Made by a program: the position numbers and the translations under genes. A stretch of 63,308 nucleotides of DNA, counting the filler, from Craspedostauros australis (Eukaryota), in NCBI GenBank assembly GCA_030167865.1. It is 10 parts of 10 records of this genome, joined end to end, with 100 filler letters (N's around TTAATTAATTAA, not from the genome) between each part and the next. Parts side by side here need not be neighbours in the genome. Positions count along the whole stretch, not along the records: positions 24,311 to 46,864 come from JALAGF010001896.1; positions 46,965 to 61,258 come from JALAGF010001897.1; 8 more parts are not named here. One strand, written 5' to 3'. Numbering within the stretch: the stretch's first letter is position 1; each line of letters opens with the position of its first letter. The notes beneath the pieces are model-generated. The model made no database searches. It worked only from the letters and a program-made list of their open reading frames with translations, and was not told the DNA's origin. Shown here one piece after another: positions 36,274 through 48,904 of the stretch.

Positions 36274-37740
36274 CTAACCTGATCTCGCCTTTCCTCTAAT
36301 CCTGGCCTTCTCCCTCGCCTTGGCTTGGCCAAGGATCTTGTGCATGCGCGTTGCCACCTGCTCCGACGTCGGGCGATCCTTTGCCTTGTACTCTCGGCAC
36401 CAAGTGATGATTTCCACCAAAGCCGCCATGTTCTTGTCGTGGGATGATGTTACCTCGTCGGGGTACACCAAGTCCTTGCCTTCCACGATGCTGTCCATGG
36501 CATCGTCAAATTTGCGATCGCGGAACGGCGGGTCGCCCGTGAGCATGTGATAGAACAGCGACCCCATGGAAAAGACGTCAATCTTGTCCGTCTGCAAACC
36601 ACCCTCCGCGTACTCCTCCGGCGCTCGGCTCGTGCTGCCCTTGTGCACCGTTCCAATCGTGAAGGGGCAGACGTCGGGCGGGTGCTCGGACGTGAGGAAC
36701 TTGCATCGGTTGAAATCATTGAGCTTATACGTCGACTCTCCCTTCGGCAGCAGGAACTGGCTGGCCTTGATATCCGCGTGCGCGATGGTCGCCATGCCGT
36801 TGTGGAACATGTGCATGTCGCGGATGCTCGTGGCAACATCGGTCGCCACCTGGATCATCTCCAATGACGACATGGTGTCTTCCTCGATCCAGTCCTCGAG
36901 CGTGCGCGGGGCGGATTCCACCAGGCTGGAGAAGGCGCAGTAGGAGTACATGTTGAGGATGTACGGGCTGGCCGATGTGCGTTCCATGACGATAGCATCG
37001 CGCCTGTGCTTGTCCCAGTCCCGACCTCGGAACTGATGGTCGTAGAGCTGCGTCTTGAGGACCATGCCTGCCTTTTGGTGCATCTTCGGATCGTCGTACA
37101 CGGCCCAAACATCCTTGAAACCACCGCTGGCGAGATGCCTGATGACTTCCTTCGTGCTGCCGGGCGCCACCTCCAGTCCCATCTCGTGAAGCGCGTTGCA
37201 AGTTGGATGCGACTCCCGTATCCTCTGCCAGTCTTCGATGAAGTCGCATTCCGTGTCCTCCGATTCTGGTTCGTATCGGTATCGTTCGTATTGCCTGTCG
37301 TTGTAGGGCAGTTCGTTTGGCATGGGGCGTCTCAGCAGGCGGCCCGGTTCTGGCAGGACCAGTGGCACGTCGGATGCCGCCACTATGTCGCGGAAAGGCT
37401 GTGACGATTGCACGATCCTGGGATACTCCTTCAAAGTCACGATTCTGGCGTTGGCATTGACCCGGATGGGCCGCGCGTTGTCGCTGGCAACCGCAATCAC
37501 GATGAGCAGCAGGCATGTGATCGCGGCGATCAAGCCGTATTCGATCGGCCGATTCCGTATGCGGAAGTAGCCCACCTTCAGCTTGCTCGCGAACCCATCC
37601 GGCTTGCTGCCGAACCTGTCGCTTGGTGGATCTCGCTTGATGTGCGAGACACTGGATGGCTGATGCTCTGTCACGCCCCGTTCGACATCCTTCTTGGCGT
37701 GCTTGCGGATCATCTTGGATGCATGTTCGAGTGTTTGCAT
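36274..37740 (-). CDS. Type II membrane protein kinase (PKDCC/VLK-like, predicted lumenal)
   Basis: TM segment YGLIAAITCLLLIVIAVA precedes HPTCNALHE, LASGGFKDVW, VLKT, HADIKASQFL, KLNDFNR, RAPEEY and KIDVFSMG. Confidence 0.85.
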   Translation of the reverse strand: MQTLEHASKMIRKHAKKDVERGVTEHQPSSVSHIKRDPPSDRFGSKPDGFASKLKVGYFRIRNRPIEYGLIAAITCLLLIVIAVASDNARPIRVNANARIVTLKEYPRIVQSSQPFRDIVAASDVPLVLPEPGRLLRRPMPNELPYNDRQYERYRYEPESEDTECDFIEDWQRIRESHPTCNALHEMGLEVAPGSTKEVIRHLASGGFKDVWAVYDDPKMHQKAGMVLKTQLYDHQFRGRDWDKHRRDAIVMERTSASPYILNMYSYCAFSSLVESAPRTLEDWIEEDTMSSLEMIQVATDVATSIRDMHMFHNGMATIAHADIKASQFLLPKGESTYKLNDFNRCKFLTSEHPPDVCPFTIGTVHKGSTSRAPEEYAEGGLQTDKIDVFSMGSLFYHMLTGDPPFRDRKFDDAMDSIVEGKDLVYPDEVTSSHDKNMAALVEIITWCREYKAKDRPTSEQVATRMHKILGQAKAREKARIRGKARSG

Positions 37741-38304
37741 CAATGTTGTGATGGCCGCTGTGGTGGATGATGATCGATTCGGTAGAGTAGGTAAGTACGG
37801 CAGTTGAATGCAGATGCAGATGCAGATGCGGACAGTGATGATGATGATGATGATGATGACGATGACGATAAAGATGACGACAGCAACCAGAAAAGGGAAA
37901 GCGAAGGGAACAATGGAGGGACGGAGAGATGGCGAGTGAAATGATTGCAGGCAGAACAGCGCACCTTGTATCATGGTGTTTGTGCGGTCTCCTGTCCAGT
38001 GCTCTTTCTTGTGACCGTTGGGGTTTTCTCAAATTTATTCGTGAATGAGAGATCCATGGGTCCCGTGATGTGTCGAGGGAGTGGAGGGAAGAAATGGCGT
38101 TCCGCATTCTCCACCAGGAACCAGCAAGAAGGACCAAGGAAGAGCAACACGATGCAACAAGGCGCGCGAGACAACCAGGAACACGTCTCGTCAAACAAAG
38201 ATCCTTCCGAGTGGTCAGTGTTCCGACAACGACAACAACAACCACACAGGAGATCGGAAGCAACATTCGACCATTGCCAACCGTTGAGTACCTCGGCAGC
38301 CATC

Positions 38305-39455
38305 ATGGGAGCCACAAAGCGAATGTCAGCGGAGGAGAAGCGCAAGGTCATCTTGGGGTGAGAGGAGTCTCGATCTCTTGTTGGATTCGGGAAGAATGAC
38401 GCATTCATCTTTTCTTGCTGTCTCTCTCTTTTCCTTTCTCTTTGTTTGGCATGCTGTCGATAATGAACACAGATAATGGTGAACATGAAGATGAAGATGC
38501 TCAAGATCACAAGTGTTGCCTATTGCTTGCTCGTCCAAATCTCGTACTGGTTCCATGCTCACATTTATGCGCTGTTTTGTTGCTGGCTTCTATGCCTTGT
38601 TCCGTCCCGCGCCGCATTCCATGTCACCATCTCCCAAACCGGACTCAACAGCATCTACCACAAGACCAAGCAGGTGTACACCGAGAAGGAAATCACCGCG
38701 TTGGTCGCCAAGGCTGGCGTCAACGTCAATTCCATCCCCGACGTGCACCAATCGTTGATCGATGATAACCTGGTGGAGAAGGAGAAGATCGGCGGATCCA
38801 ACTACTTCTGGTCGTTCCCCAGCAAGAAGGACTGGGTGGCGCAGCAGAAGCATCTGGAGACGTTGACTCAGATCGACCAGCTGCAGGTGAGACTGGGAGA
38901 AGCCAAGGGGCAGCTCGCTGATGCCAAGCGCGGTCGTGAGGAGGCATCGACGGCCGATGGCGGCGATGAAGCTCTGACGCGGTCTGCGAAATTGGCGCGC
39001 TTGTCCGAGCTTGGGAAGGAGAAGGAATCATTGTCCAAGGAACTCGACGCATTGAAAGAAAACGACCCTGCCGCGCTGGCCGATTTGGAGAAGGAATTCG
39101 TGCTCGTCAAGGCATCGGCCCACCGGTGGACCGACAACATCTTCGAGTGCAAGTCCTATCTCACCAAGAAACGCGGCATGGACAAGAAGGAGGCGAATCG
39201 GATCCTCGGAATCACCGGCAACTTCGACTGTGAGTGCAAGCGTGCTGCGCCGTGCGTGTTGTGCCGGAGTGTACGCGCTCGGGTTTGACAGCGAATGGAC
39301 GACTATCTCGATCACCCTACGATACGCTGCCTGCATTTACACTCCTGCATCTTGTCTGCATGGGTGCAACCTTTGCTCGAGTTTTCTTCTCATTTCTCAC
39401 GATTTCTTCGCCTGCCATCATCACCGACTTTGGATGCGTAGATCCTGATGACTAA
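38305..39455 (+). CDS. MND1: Meiotic nuclear division protein 1; exons 38305-38357, 38652-39229, 39442-39455
   Basis: MSAEEKRKVILG-IYH..YTEKEI, QSLIDDNLVEKEKIGGSNYFWSFPS, NDPA, HRWTDNIF and FDYPDD. Both GT-AG introns preserve the frame. Confidence 0.93.
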
Positions 39456-40282
39456 CACCAGCGGCAAATGCGAGTAAAAGCGCAAACACAATCGCATGTG
39501 GAGAGGAATCGATGCCATTCTACTCCCACGGTGGCTGTGGCAGCTGTGGCGGGAACCAAACCTCACAAAGCAGCAGCAATTCGAAGAATCATCTCGCTTC
39601 CGAAGATCTTCACAACATATCTGCTGCCACGTACTCTACCACGACCAGATGAGACGCATGCAATCATTTGATTGATTGCACGTCCAACGACTTGGCGCAC
39701 ATCGCACCATCGCAGCCACAACCACTACTGAACACGTCAATTCGGTCTGGAGATCGAGTGCTATCGATGAACTCTCCAGGAACAGTGCGATGTCTACCGA
39801 CGATTTGTATTGCTGCAGTCGAGGTCACATCTACATCAACTGCGCTGTCGCAATGCGGAGATGGTGGCCATCATAGGTATCAAACAATCATCCTCATGAC
39901 ATTCCGAGTGTCTGGGACGTTGCGGAAGGCTCAACACAAATATCAGCATGGGGCAGACTGGACTGTCTCAAAACGCAGACATGTGCGAAACTTTCATGGA
40001 TAATCGGACCCATACAATAATGCCCCAGCATTCTGGAGAGTACGAACGGACACTTCGGGGGAATGTTCATGTTGATGCTGAGGCGCCGAGAAATCAATCA
40101 CTCATTCAATTCAATTCAATGAATCAGTCACCGAATGAAGGATGTGGAGAGAATGGTGGAGTAGAAAATCAATTTGAATCATCTGCTTGTTCGTTCCGCG
40201 AGTGTTTTTATGTGAAGCACGCATTCTTGCCACCTGCACCAGCATTGATTCTGCTCGTCATGTCTCCTGATCAAATTCGCTT

Positions 40283-40606
40283 TCACTTCGCATTTCGGTG
40301 CTGCGCGTGGCACCGTTGGAACACCGCCCATTCTTTCGTGCACTTCGAAACCTGTCCTTGGTTCTGCGTCATGCATTCCGCGACGGACCGGTACACATCG
40401 GCGCAAGGTCCCTCATCCTTGGATGAAGCAATGTCGTTCCTGGGGACCTGATTCTTCTTCTGAGCCTGGATTTGACAGTCGATACAATCGTCAGGTGGCG
40501 ACGACGACGACGACTTCAAGTTCAGCCTTGCTGCGTCATCTTGAGGTGTGTTCGATGATGGGGCACTGGACTTCCCAGTGATTGCGGAAACGATACGCTG
40601 GATCAT
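40283..40606 (-). CDS. Small twin-CX9C (CHCH) protein, probably mitochondrial intermembrane space
   Basis: CADVYRSVAEC-x10-CTKEWAVFQRC at the C-terminus. Confidence 0.7.
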   Translation of the reverse strand: MIQRIVSAITGKSSAPSSNTPQDDAARLNLKSSSSSPPDDCIDCQIQAQKKNQVPRNDIASSKDEGPCADVYRSVAECMTQNQGQVSKCTKEWAVFQRCHAQHRNAK

Positions 40607-42522
40607 GATCTAGCCACTTCCTTTGGTTCCAGCACGCTTGGATTGTTGTGCTGTTGAAGGTCCGTATTGTATCCTCCACGCACGAGCTACTCATGAGGTT
40701 GTGTGTTGGACGAGGATTTAGGTACGTTTACTCGTAGGTCGTACACGAAGGTTGGACGATCTTGCGTTGTTGCATCATTGTTGCGTTGTACTCCTCGCTT
40801 TGGCGTTTCTTGTCGGCTCCACGTCACGATGTTTTGGTTTCTTTGGCGCCAAAACTGACCGTGGCGACGGCCAGACGGAGTGAATGATCCTGATTGTATT
40901 TTCTGTGAGCACAAGCGGCTTCTTCCTTGGAAATCTTGGAAGGCGAATGCGGACAAGCGCGGATTCGGAAACCCGACGGACGTCACACAAAAGACCGCCA
41001 TGTTGGCAGAGAGGGCAGAATCCATCCTTCGTGGACACGGGTGGTCTTGTTTCTTCGTATAGTAGACAGCAACTTCGTGAGGTAGAGAGGCTGCCTGTGT
41101 CGACGACGAGATCTCTCGAGTCACAAAAGAGGCCAGAATGGATGCAGATCATCACGGTCAAGACAAGATCGTTCATGACGCTGTCAGAGAACACAACATG
41201 GGGAGCAGGACAGAGAGAGATTTCATCGGTTCGACATCTCCCCAACCTGTGTGGACAGCGTGAGATTCGGTCTTCCACTCTGTTGCCGTGTTGGAATGAC
41301 CATGGACAGAAGTCCGATCAACGATTTCTCTCTCTCTGCTCCACGTCACAATGGGCGACTAAACTGGAACGGATCATTCATCTTTGGCTGGTCTTGCCGA
41401 TTGGTCAGCTGCTCCGCCAAACTGTCACTCTGCTTCTGACACAAATCTGGCCAAGTCTGATCAATCTCCCGCGCAGAGAGGTGACCTTTCGGCCTTTGCA
41501 ATTGGATCGCGCATCACCGTTGATGAGCTGCGCTCGCATCAACAGAGACCAGATGGTGATGATGCATTCTGGTACTTGACGAGCTACTCGTTCGAGCTAC
41601 ACGCGTTCACGTGGGTACCCAGAACAGATCGCCAAACCGGAATGGGATAGCAGAAAATGGCCCCTCTCGACATTTCACCCTTTGACGACAAACACCTTGC
41701 GACAATGACGGGGGATTCCTGGGAAGGCGCTCTTGTGTGAATAGTACTCTACTACACAGAACTATGACTACGAGTGCGAGAGGTACGAACGAGTCTGTTG
41801 CAGAGTACTGGTATGAGTATAATAGTTCGTAAGTTGTCACCATCACGCGAGTTGAAATGATTCCGAAGGTCACATGGTGTTGGGATGAACAATCGCGTGA
41901 AACCGCCACCATATGTCAATGACTTCGTACCTTCCTTCACCCTCCATGGAGAACATGCCCTGTAGCCACGAGGGCAAGAGCGGCGAAAAAGCTTTTTTGT
42001 CGTAACCGGTGCTCTGAAAGACGCTCGCTGTCGGTATCGCGGATGCGATACGATGCGGTTGGACCAAAAGCCGACCGTGACTTGCCAGGAAAAGGAAGAA
42101 GGCATCGATGGCCACACCGGCCAGGTGACCGCAGCGCAGCCCGTACGACTATGCCCAGCAAGCTCGCCCCCTCTTCATCGCCGATGACAGCAACAGCAAC
42201 AGCTCTGTCATCGGTGCATCGCGTAACTCGCTTTGGAGCCTGGCGGAGGATGGAGAGGGAAACAAGCAACCAGCGCCTCTCAACGCCATAACTTTCCCCA
42301 TCGAGTTCACGCCATCGCTGATAGCGCACAACCTCGTTTCGACGACCACGACCACGCACCAAACCACTCGCACACACGCGCACACACCCCGACAAGCAAG
42401 CAAGGAAGGTCGTCCGCAGCGATCGATTCCAGGAGGCAAACCCTCCGTTTTGTCCGTCAAGGAGCCATTCACTGTGCCACAACCATCATCCCGCCAGAAG
42501 TACCAGCACCAGTACCTGGACA

Positions 42523-45500
42523 ATGGGACATGGCGGCGATGACGATGATGTGTCCAGCAAGGCATCGTCCTGCACGCTGTCATACACCGGCGAGGTCGAC
42601 GAGGACACCGTAGACGATGTCCAAGAAATACGCAACGCCGCCAAATCCGAAACCATCAACGTCCAGATTTGGCGTGTCGTCGTGACACTATCGCTGCTCG
42701 CGACTGCGATCGCTATCACCTTTTCCACCTATCGTGTAAGTGGTCTCACACAGACATTGCTGATGCGCCATGTCATGCCATGCCATGCCATGTCATCTCC
42801 ATTCATATAATTCCCAGATCAGTATTGCGAACTGTGCCTCACTCCATCCCTTCTCGTTCCTGGCGTCTCCCGTGCCAACTTTCGTCTCTTCTCTTCACTT
42901 TGTCCTTTGGTTTCCATAAACTCATTGCATGAACTCATTGCCATTCTCAGTTCTTAAACAATGAGCAGATCCAAAACTTCGAGGTTGCCGTAAGTACCCT
43001 GCATCATTTGCCAGTATCGAGACAACTACGTTTACAAAGATGCACGTGTTGTTTCCGGAGCGGTCCGAAACGATAGTTGATTCGCGAACACTCAGGCGAC
43101 TCGTTGTGTGATGCGATCACCAGGCATACTCGCACGTACGACTCCGCGTACGGCATCGGCACATGACACGCGCGTCGCAGAAGCCCCCTATCATGTATGC
43201 AAGCAGAACCAAGTCAACTCATGAGTATCGGTATCCACTACTATCACCCTGCCCTGCATGTTCTCACCCATCCATATCCGCGCCGCACATATGTCGAAAT
43301 CCGTTTCAACCACCTCACGCAGTACGAGCAATTCTCGCGCACTGTTGGAAGCGCCGTCCTTGACCAGCAAGTCGCCATCCGCTCAAACCTCCGCCAGGCC
43401 TGCAACTTCATGTCCGTCCAAGTCGAGGCATCTAACCAGACCTGGCCCTTCGTCACCATTCCTCACATCGTAGAGGTTATGCTTCCCGCTATTGAAGAGT
43501 CGCGGTTGGAGGTGCTGAATGTTTACCACGCTGTCAAGCGCGAGCAGATTCCCGATTGGTTGGATTATGCGACGGAGAATCATGAAAGCATGGTCAAAGA
43601 GGGCCACATAGACGAACATGGGAACCTCGACGAGCTGATCCCAACAGGGTACACCGATTACATCAAGTTCTTCAACATCTTGAGCTTTCTGCCTGGTGGC
43701 GAGAGCCAACCAACCTTCCTCAACGAGAACGTCACGGAGGAGCTGTACGACGTCATCTACCCTGCCTGGGAGCACGTGGACGCGCAGCTCACATACGGCT
43801 TCATCAACTACAACCCATTCGGGATTGGCTTCGTCCAGGGATTCTTGAAGGAGCTGTTGATGCTCAAGAACGAATTTCTTTTCTTCGGGGTCAGCCCATA
43901 TGGAATCCCCCCTGGCTTTTCGTACTCCAAGGAGGAACATGAAGCACGTCACACCAAGACATCCTCCGTGAATCACCCACACAGCATCTTTTACACGCCA
44001 ATTATGGAGGACGCGAACGATCTAGATTCTGACGTCGTCGCCATCCTTGGAGCTGGCGGAGCATGGGATACCGTCCTGTACGATCTCCTGCCTAGCAACG
44101 TGAAGGGCTTGCATGCCGTTCTCGAGAACACATGTGACCAAGCACATACATTCGTGATCAATGGACGAGTGACTGAATACCTTGGAGGCAGTAAGTCCGA
44201 TTTGCACGACGCGGTTGCTCAATTTGATAAGCTGGAGGTTCGCCGTCTGTTATCGTGTTTTTGTGTTGCATCATGCCGAGCGGAGGTTGGGTGCAACGAG
44301 CACGAGTCAGAGCAGTTCGTTCTCAGTCTTTGACCCATACTGTGCCGACCTTACACCCACATTCCGCATGCTGTCGTACTTGTGTGTCGTCATCTCATTT
44401 CTATCTGGACACATCTTCTTCGTCTACTCTACATCAACAGAGGACTTGCATGATTCGAAATACGACAAGTACATGTACTACATTGACATGGCGCTGCACA
44501 CCAACCCCAAATTCAACGAGACGGTGAATCATTGCAAGTATTCCATGAAGCTGTACCCATCCCAACAATTCCAGGATCAGTACAACACAGACACACCGGA
44601 GATCTTTGCGATCGCAGTGTTCGCAACATTCATGGTCATCATCTTGGTCTTCTTCGTCTACGACATGTTCGTGCACCGCCGCAACGAGAAGCTGATTAAC
44701 AATGCCGCCCGCACCAACGCCATCGTGTCATCCATGTTCCCCACGCAGATTCGCGAGCGTCTGATCTTGAATGGAAAGACCGGGAACGGCAAGAAGGGCA
44801 CCCATCGGATCACCGACCTGAAGAGCTATCTCAATGGAACTTCCAACGAGTCGGCGATGAGCAACAAACCCTTGGCTGACTTGTTCCTTGAGACAACCAT
44901 CCTGTTTGCCGATATTGCTGGGTTCACCGCCTGGAGTTCTGTGAGAGGTAAGGCACCGAGCGGCTGCTTCGCTGGTGGCGACTATTCTAACTTTGGCGAT
45001 GGCTGTATGTGCCCACGTTGTTATGAGTGCGCTTGGGCTCGCCACGCCATCATGTCATCTCGCTTTCGCCTGCAAACCCACTACCGCACAACTTTACTCA
45101 TCCTTGTACGCGTACCGCATACTCTATACGTACCAACCATGGTACCAACTATTATGTGAACACATGGCATCATCATACACAGAACCATCGCAAGTCTTCA
45201 CTCTACTTGAGACCGTCTTCTCGGCTTTCGACCAGATTGCAAAGCTCCGCCGTGTGTTCAAAGTCGAGACTGTGGGTGATTGCTACGTGGCCGCAGCTGG
45301 AATCCCAGAGCAGCGGGCCGACCATGCCATCATCATGGTTCGTTTTGCCCGCGACATTCTGACTCGCATGGACAGTCTGGTGAAGGAGCTGGAAATCACG
45401 CTCGGTCCTGACACTGGCGACCTGTCGCTTCGCTGCGGTCTCCACTCTGGCCCTGTGACTGCGGGCGTTCTTCGCGGAGAAAGGGCACGATTCCAACTCT

Positions 45501-46864
45501 TCGGGGATACAATGAACACAGCAGCACGTGTGGAACACACGGGACAGGTTGGGCGCATCCACGTGTCATCCGACACGGCCGAAGCCTTGCGCGCGACTGG
45601 CAAAGCTGGTTGGTTAATCAAGCGTGATCGGACCGTCGAGGCCAAGGGAAAAGGTGACATGCAGACCTACTGGATCCATCCTGGTCTCGATGCACGGAAG
45701 AGGAATAGTCATGCAAGTCACAGCGAGCATAGTGAGCTTGTTGATGTGGCCTTGGAGCGCGAGGCCGAGGATAGCACGAAGAAGAGAGATGCGAACGGTC
45801 CCGCTGAAAGGACCAACCGCATGGTCGATTGGAACGTGGAGATTCTTCTCCACATCCTTCGACAGATCCTCGCCCGTCGCGATGCCATGTCGAAGATCGG
45901 CCATTCTACTGCGGCCGACGGACAACACCACAGCGACCATCGCAGAACCCCAAACAGCACCTTCCGTCCGCTTGACGAGGTGAAGGAGATCATCCACCTC
46001 CCAGACTTTGACAAGAAGGTGGCAACACGTCAGCAAAATTCTGACCTCGTTGAGGTTGCTCCCCACATCATCGAGCAGCTGCGTTCCCTCGTTGCCACCA
46101 TCGCCAGCATGTATCGCGAAAACTCCTTCCACAATTTCGAGCATGCTTCGCACGTTACCATGTCCGTCATCAAGCTCCTCGCTCGCATCGTCGCGCCGAC
46201 CGATATTCCATTAACCAACAGCAAAGGAGATACCGACGAGCCGGCCTTGGCTGCCACGCTGCACGATCACACCTACGGCATCACCTCGGATCCGTTGACT
46301 CAGTTCGCTTGCGCCTTCTCAGCGTTGATTCATGACGTGGATCATGTCGGCGTGCCCAATGCCCAGCTCGTTAAAGAGAAGGTCCGCATCGCCGAGATTT
46401 ACGACAACCGATCGGTCGCGGAGCAGAACTCGGTCGCCTTGTCATGGGATCTGTTCATGTCCGATGAGTACAGGGAGCTAAGGGAATGCATCTGCCCCAC
46501 GAAGGTCGAGCTGAACCGTTTCCGCGAGCTCATGGTGAATGCTGTCATGGCAACTGATATCGTCGACAAGGAGCTGAAGGTTCTACGCAACGGACGCTGG
46601 GACAAGGCCTTCAAGGGACATGATGAGTCGGCAGATGACGCGGTTAACCGCAAGGCTACCATCGTGATCGAGCACTTGATCCAAGCATCGGATGTGTCTC
46701 ACACCATGCAGCACTGGCACGTATACCGCAAGTGGAACGAAAAGTTCTTCCGCGAATGTTACAAAGCGTACCAGGATGGGCGCGCGGAGCAGAACCCGGT
46801 GGATGGTTGGTACAAGGGCGAGATAGGATTCTTCGACTTCTACATCATCCCGCTGGCGAAGAAG
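42523..46864 (+). CDS. Receptor-type class III nucleotidyl cyclase fused to a class I PDE-like domain (3'-truncated by gap); exons 42523-42735, 42951-42989, 43323-44190, 44441-44947, 45183->46864
   Basis: Four GT-AG introns are all frame-consistent. Two TM segments flank a sensor domain. Cyclase motifs ILFADIAGFT, FKVETVGDCYV, GLHSGPV, RFQLFGDTMNTAAR and KGKG. PDE motifs FHNFEHASHV, IHDVDH, ATDI and QASDVSH. Confidence 0.93.
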
Positions 46865-46963
46865 NNNNNNNNNNNNNNNNNNNNNNNNNNNNNNNNNNNN
46901 NNNNNNNNTTAATTAATTAANNNNNNNNNNNNNNNNNNNNNNNNNNNNNNNNNNNNNNNNNNN

Positions 46964-46964
46964 N

Positions 46965-46998
<34 letters not shown>
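46964..46998. repeat. (GT)n microsatellite at contig start
   Basis: Read directly. Confidence 0.95.
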
Positions 46999-47001
<3 letters not shown>

Positions 47002-48235
47002 CGGGTGTTGCGATTTTGTTTTTTATGGGAACATGGACTCGTTTGGGCAAAATGTGTGGCCATGTTGATAGACCTTGTCGTTGTGGGTGTACTGGCGCGA
47101 ACTGGTGCGCTGACAAGAGGTGTTTGGTTTCTCCCTTGTGTGAAACCAAACCAGCACGGTTGTGTACTCCTTCACGACGCAAATGCGTTTCTGTCTGATC
47201 GTGTTTCCTCGCAGAACCTGGCGCAAACGCATCGCAACATCGCATCATCGCATTCAGCAGACCAGATCGTACACGCATTGAAAGGTCGCGAAAAGACCAT
47301 GCAAATTCGGACCATCTGTTGGAACGATCAAATACGCCCTCGCGAATCGAGAACGAGCAAAGTGCACCAGTACATTCCCAAGTAGTGATCGTAGATGATT
47401 TTGAAGCCCACGAAAAGACCACGCAGGATCGGACCATCTGTTTGATCTGTCAAGTATGCCCTCATAGATACGGATTTGTCCTGCTGGCACAGTGTAAAAG
47501 GCGACTTGATTGCATCACATAGGTCCCAACACATGACACTTTGGTCCCAAACGGTCATTTCAAACACGCTGATATGCCTGATAGTGCCACACAATGCGCA
47601 ATAAGCGACAAGAATTGGTCTAAGTGATGTTCTTTATCATCGAAAACAACAAAAAGGCATGCAATAGTCTCAACAGTACATTGGCTTGTATGGAAAGGAG
47701 CTAATAAATACCCAACTGTTGTTCGTTGGACCATTCCTCCTGAAGCCATCTATTCGCTACTGCGACAACAACAGTGACATTCCCAGTGCATGGCACCTCG
47801 TGTCGCAAACCGTTTAACACTGCAGTGTGCGTACCAACTGATCAGCATGTTCAGCGAATGCTCCCTGGGCAAAACAGGGAATACGCTGTTTCAATCCGAA
47901 CAACGCAAGACAAGACTGGGCAAACAAATCCGTGTTCCTCAGTTCGAAGGCGAAATAGAGCATGACAGCATGTTGGGCGAACGCACCGAAGTCGAGACAG
48001 GCCAGAATTTTTTTCAATCCCGATAACACAAGAAAAGATGATTTGGTGGGGTCCGTGTTCCACAATTCGAAGGCGAAGAAAACAAAGAAATGTCGAAGTC
48101 CGAGCGCGGCATGATAGTCAGCAATTGCATACAGGACAAAGGGCACCAAACACTGCACTTACTATGCTGCCAGGGTGATCAATCTGTCAGGTGTAGTTGG
48201 AATGTTTGGTGATAGTGTTGTTTGCTAAGTTAGTG

Positions 48236-48859
48236 TGTCAATTGATGATTGAGGTTTGAGATTGTGAGCACAAGATCTCACTCATCCTAATCTGGTGCAT
48301 TCATGCACCATTTCTACAATCTTGCCTGATTCATCATCAGGTTTTCCTACTGATCTGCTTGATGTCTTCATGTTACATCGTGCATATTTTCTGCTCTATT
48401 GCCCAAGGATGTTGTCCGCTTTGCGCAGTAACTCATGCTATTTCTCCTATTGGGTCTTTCTACATCTCTGTCTGATCTTGTCTAATCTTGTCTGGTCTTG
48501 GCTGGTCTTGGAATCCCATAGGATTCATATATCCCAACCGTCGACGTCAGTAGATTGCTTGCATCATCCCTGACATCACAAGACTATTTCCTAATTGTTG
48601 TTACCACATGCTCACTGATGCACCTGGCGTCACTAGACAAGTCAGCATACCATGACTATCATTTATTCTTGATTCCTTGGACCTCAGTGACGATCCTCTG
48701 ACATCATTCTCTGATGTCAGTGCCTATGTCATATCTGATGACAATAGAACCCGAACACCATTTGCATCATCAAGACTCATTCGACTATACTATCAATCGA
48801 GTCGAATCACGTTCCAGTCATGTGTGATGTTAGCCTAAATTTCGATCTAGATGTTGACA
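48236..48859. repeat. Solo-LTR-like element (624 bp)
   Basis: Ends TGTCAA...TTGACA form a perfect 6-bp inverted repeat. A second copy lies at 11872-12183. No TSD recognised, so the left end is tentative. Confidence 0.6.
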
Positions 48860-48904
48860 CGGCATACCCAGCCGCAGATGGCGAAAAGTGTGCGATGCAA
48901 TACT

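Noticed and set aside
36725..38266. 513-aa ORF overlapping the kinase, and similar long shadow ORFs (7775-8533, 13770-14747, 31335-32303, 34660-35739, 54710-55639, 54975-55973)
   Set aside because: These are alternative-frame or antisense shadows of GC3-rich real genes and show no motifs.
40884..41579. 231-aa ORF
   Set aside because: No motifs and no gene-like codon bias; it cannot be supported.
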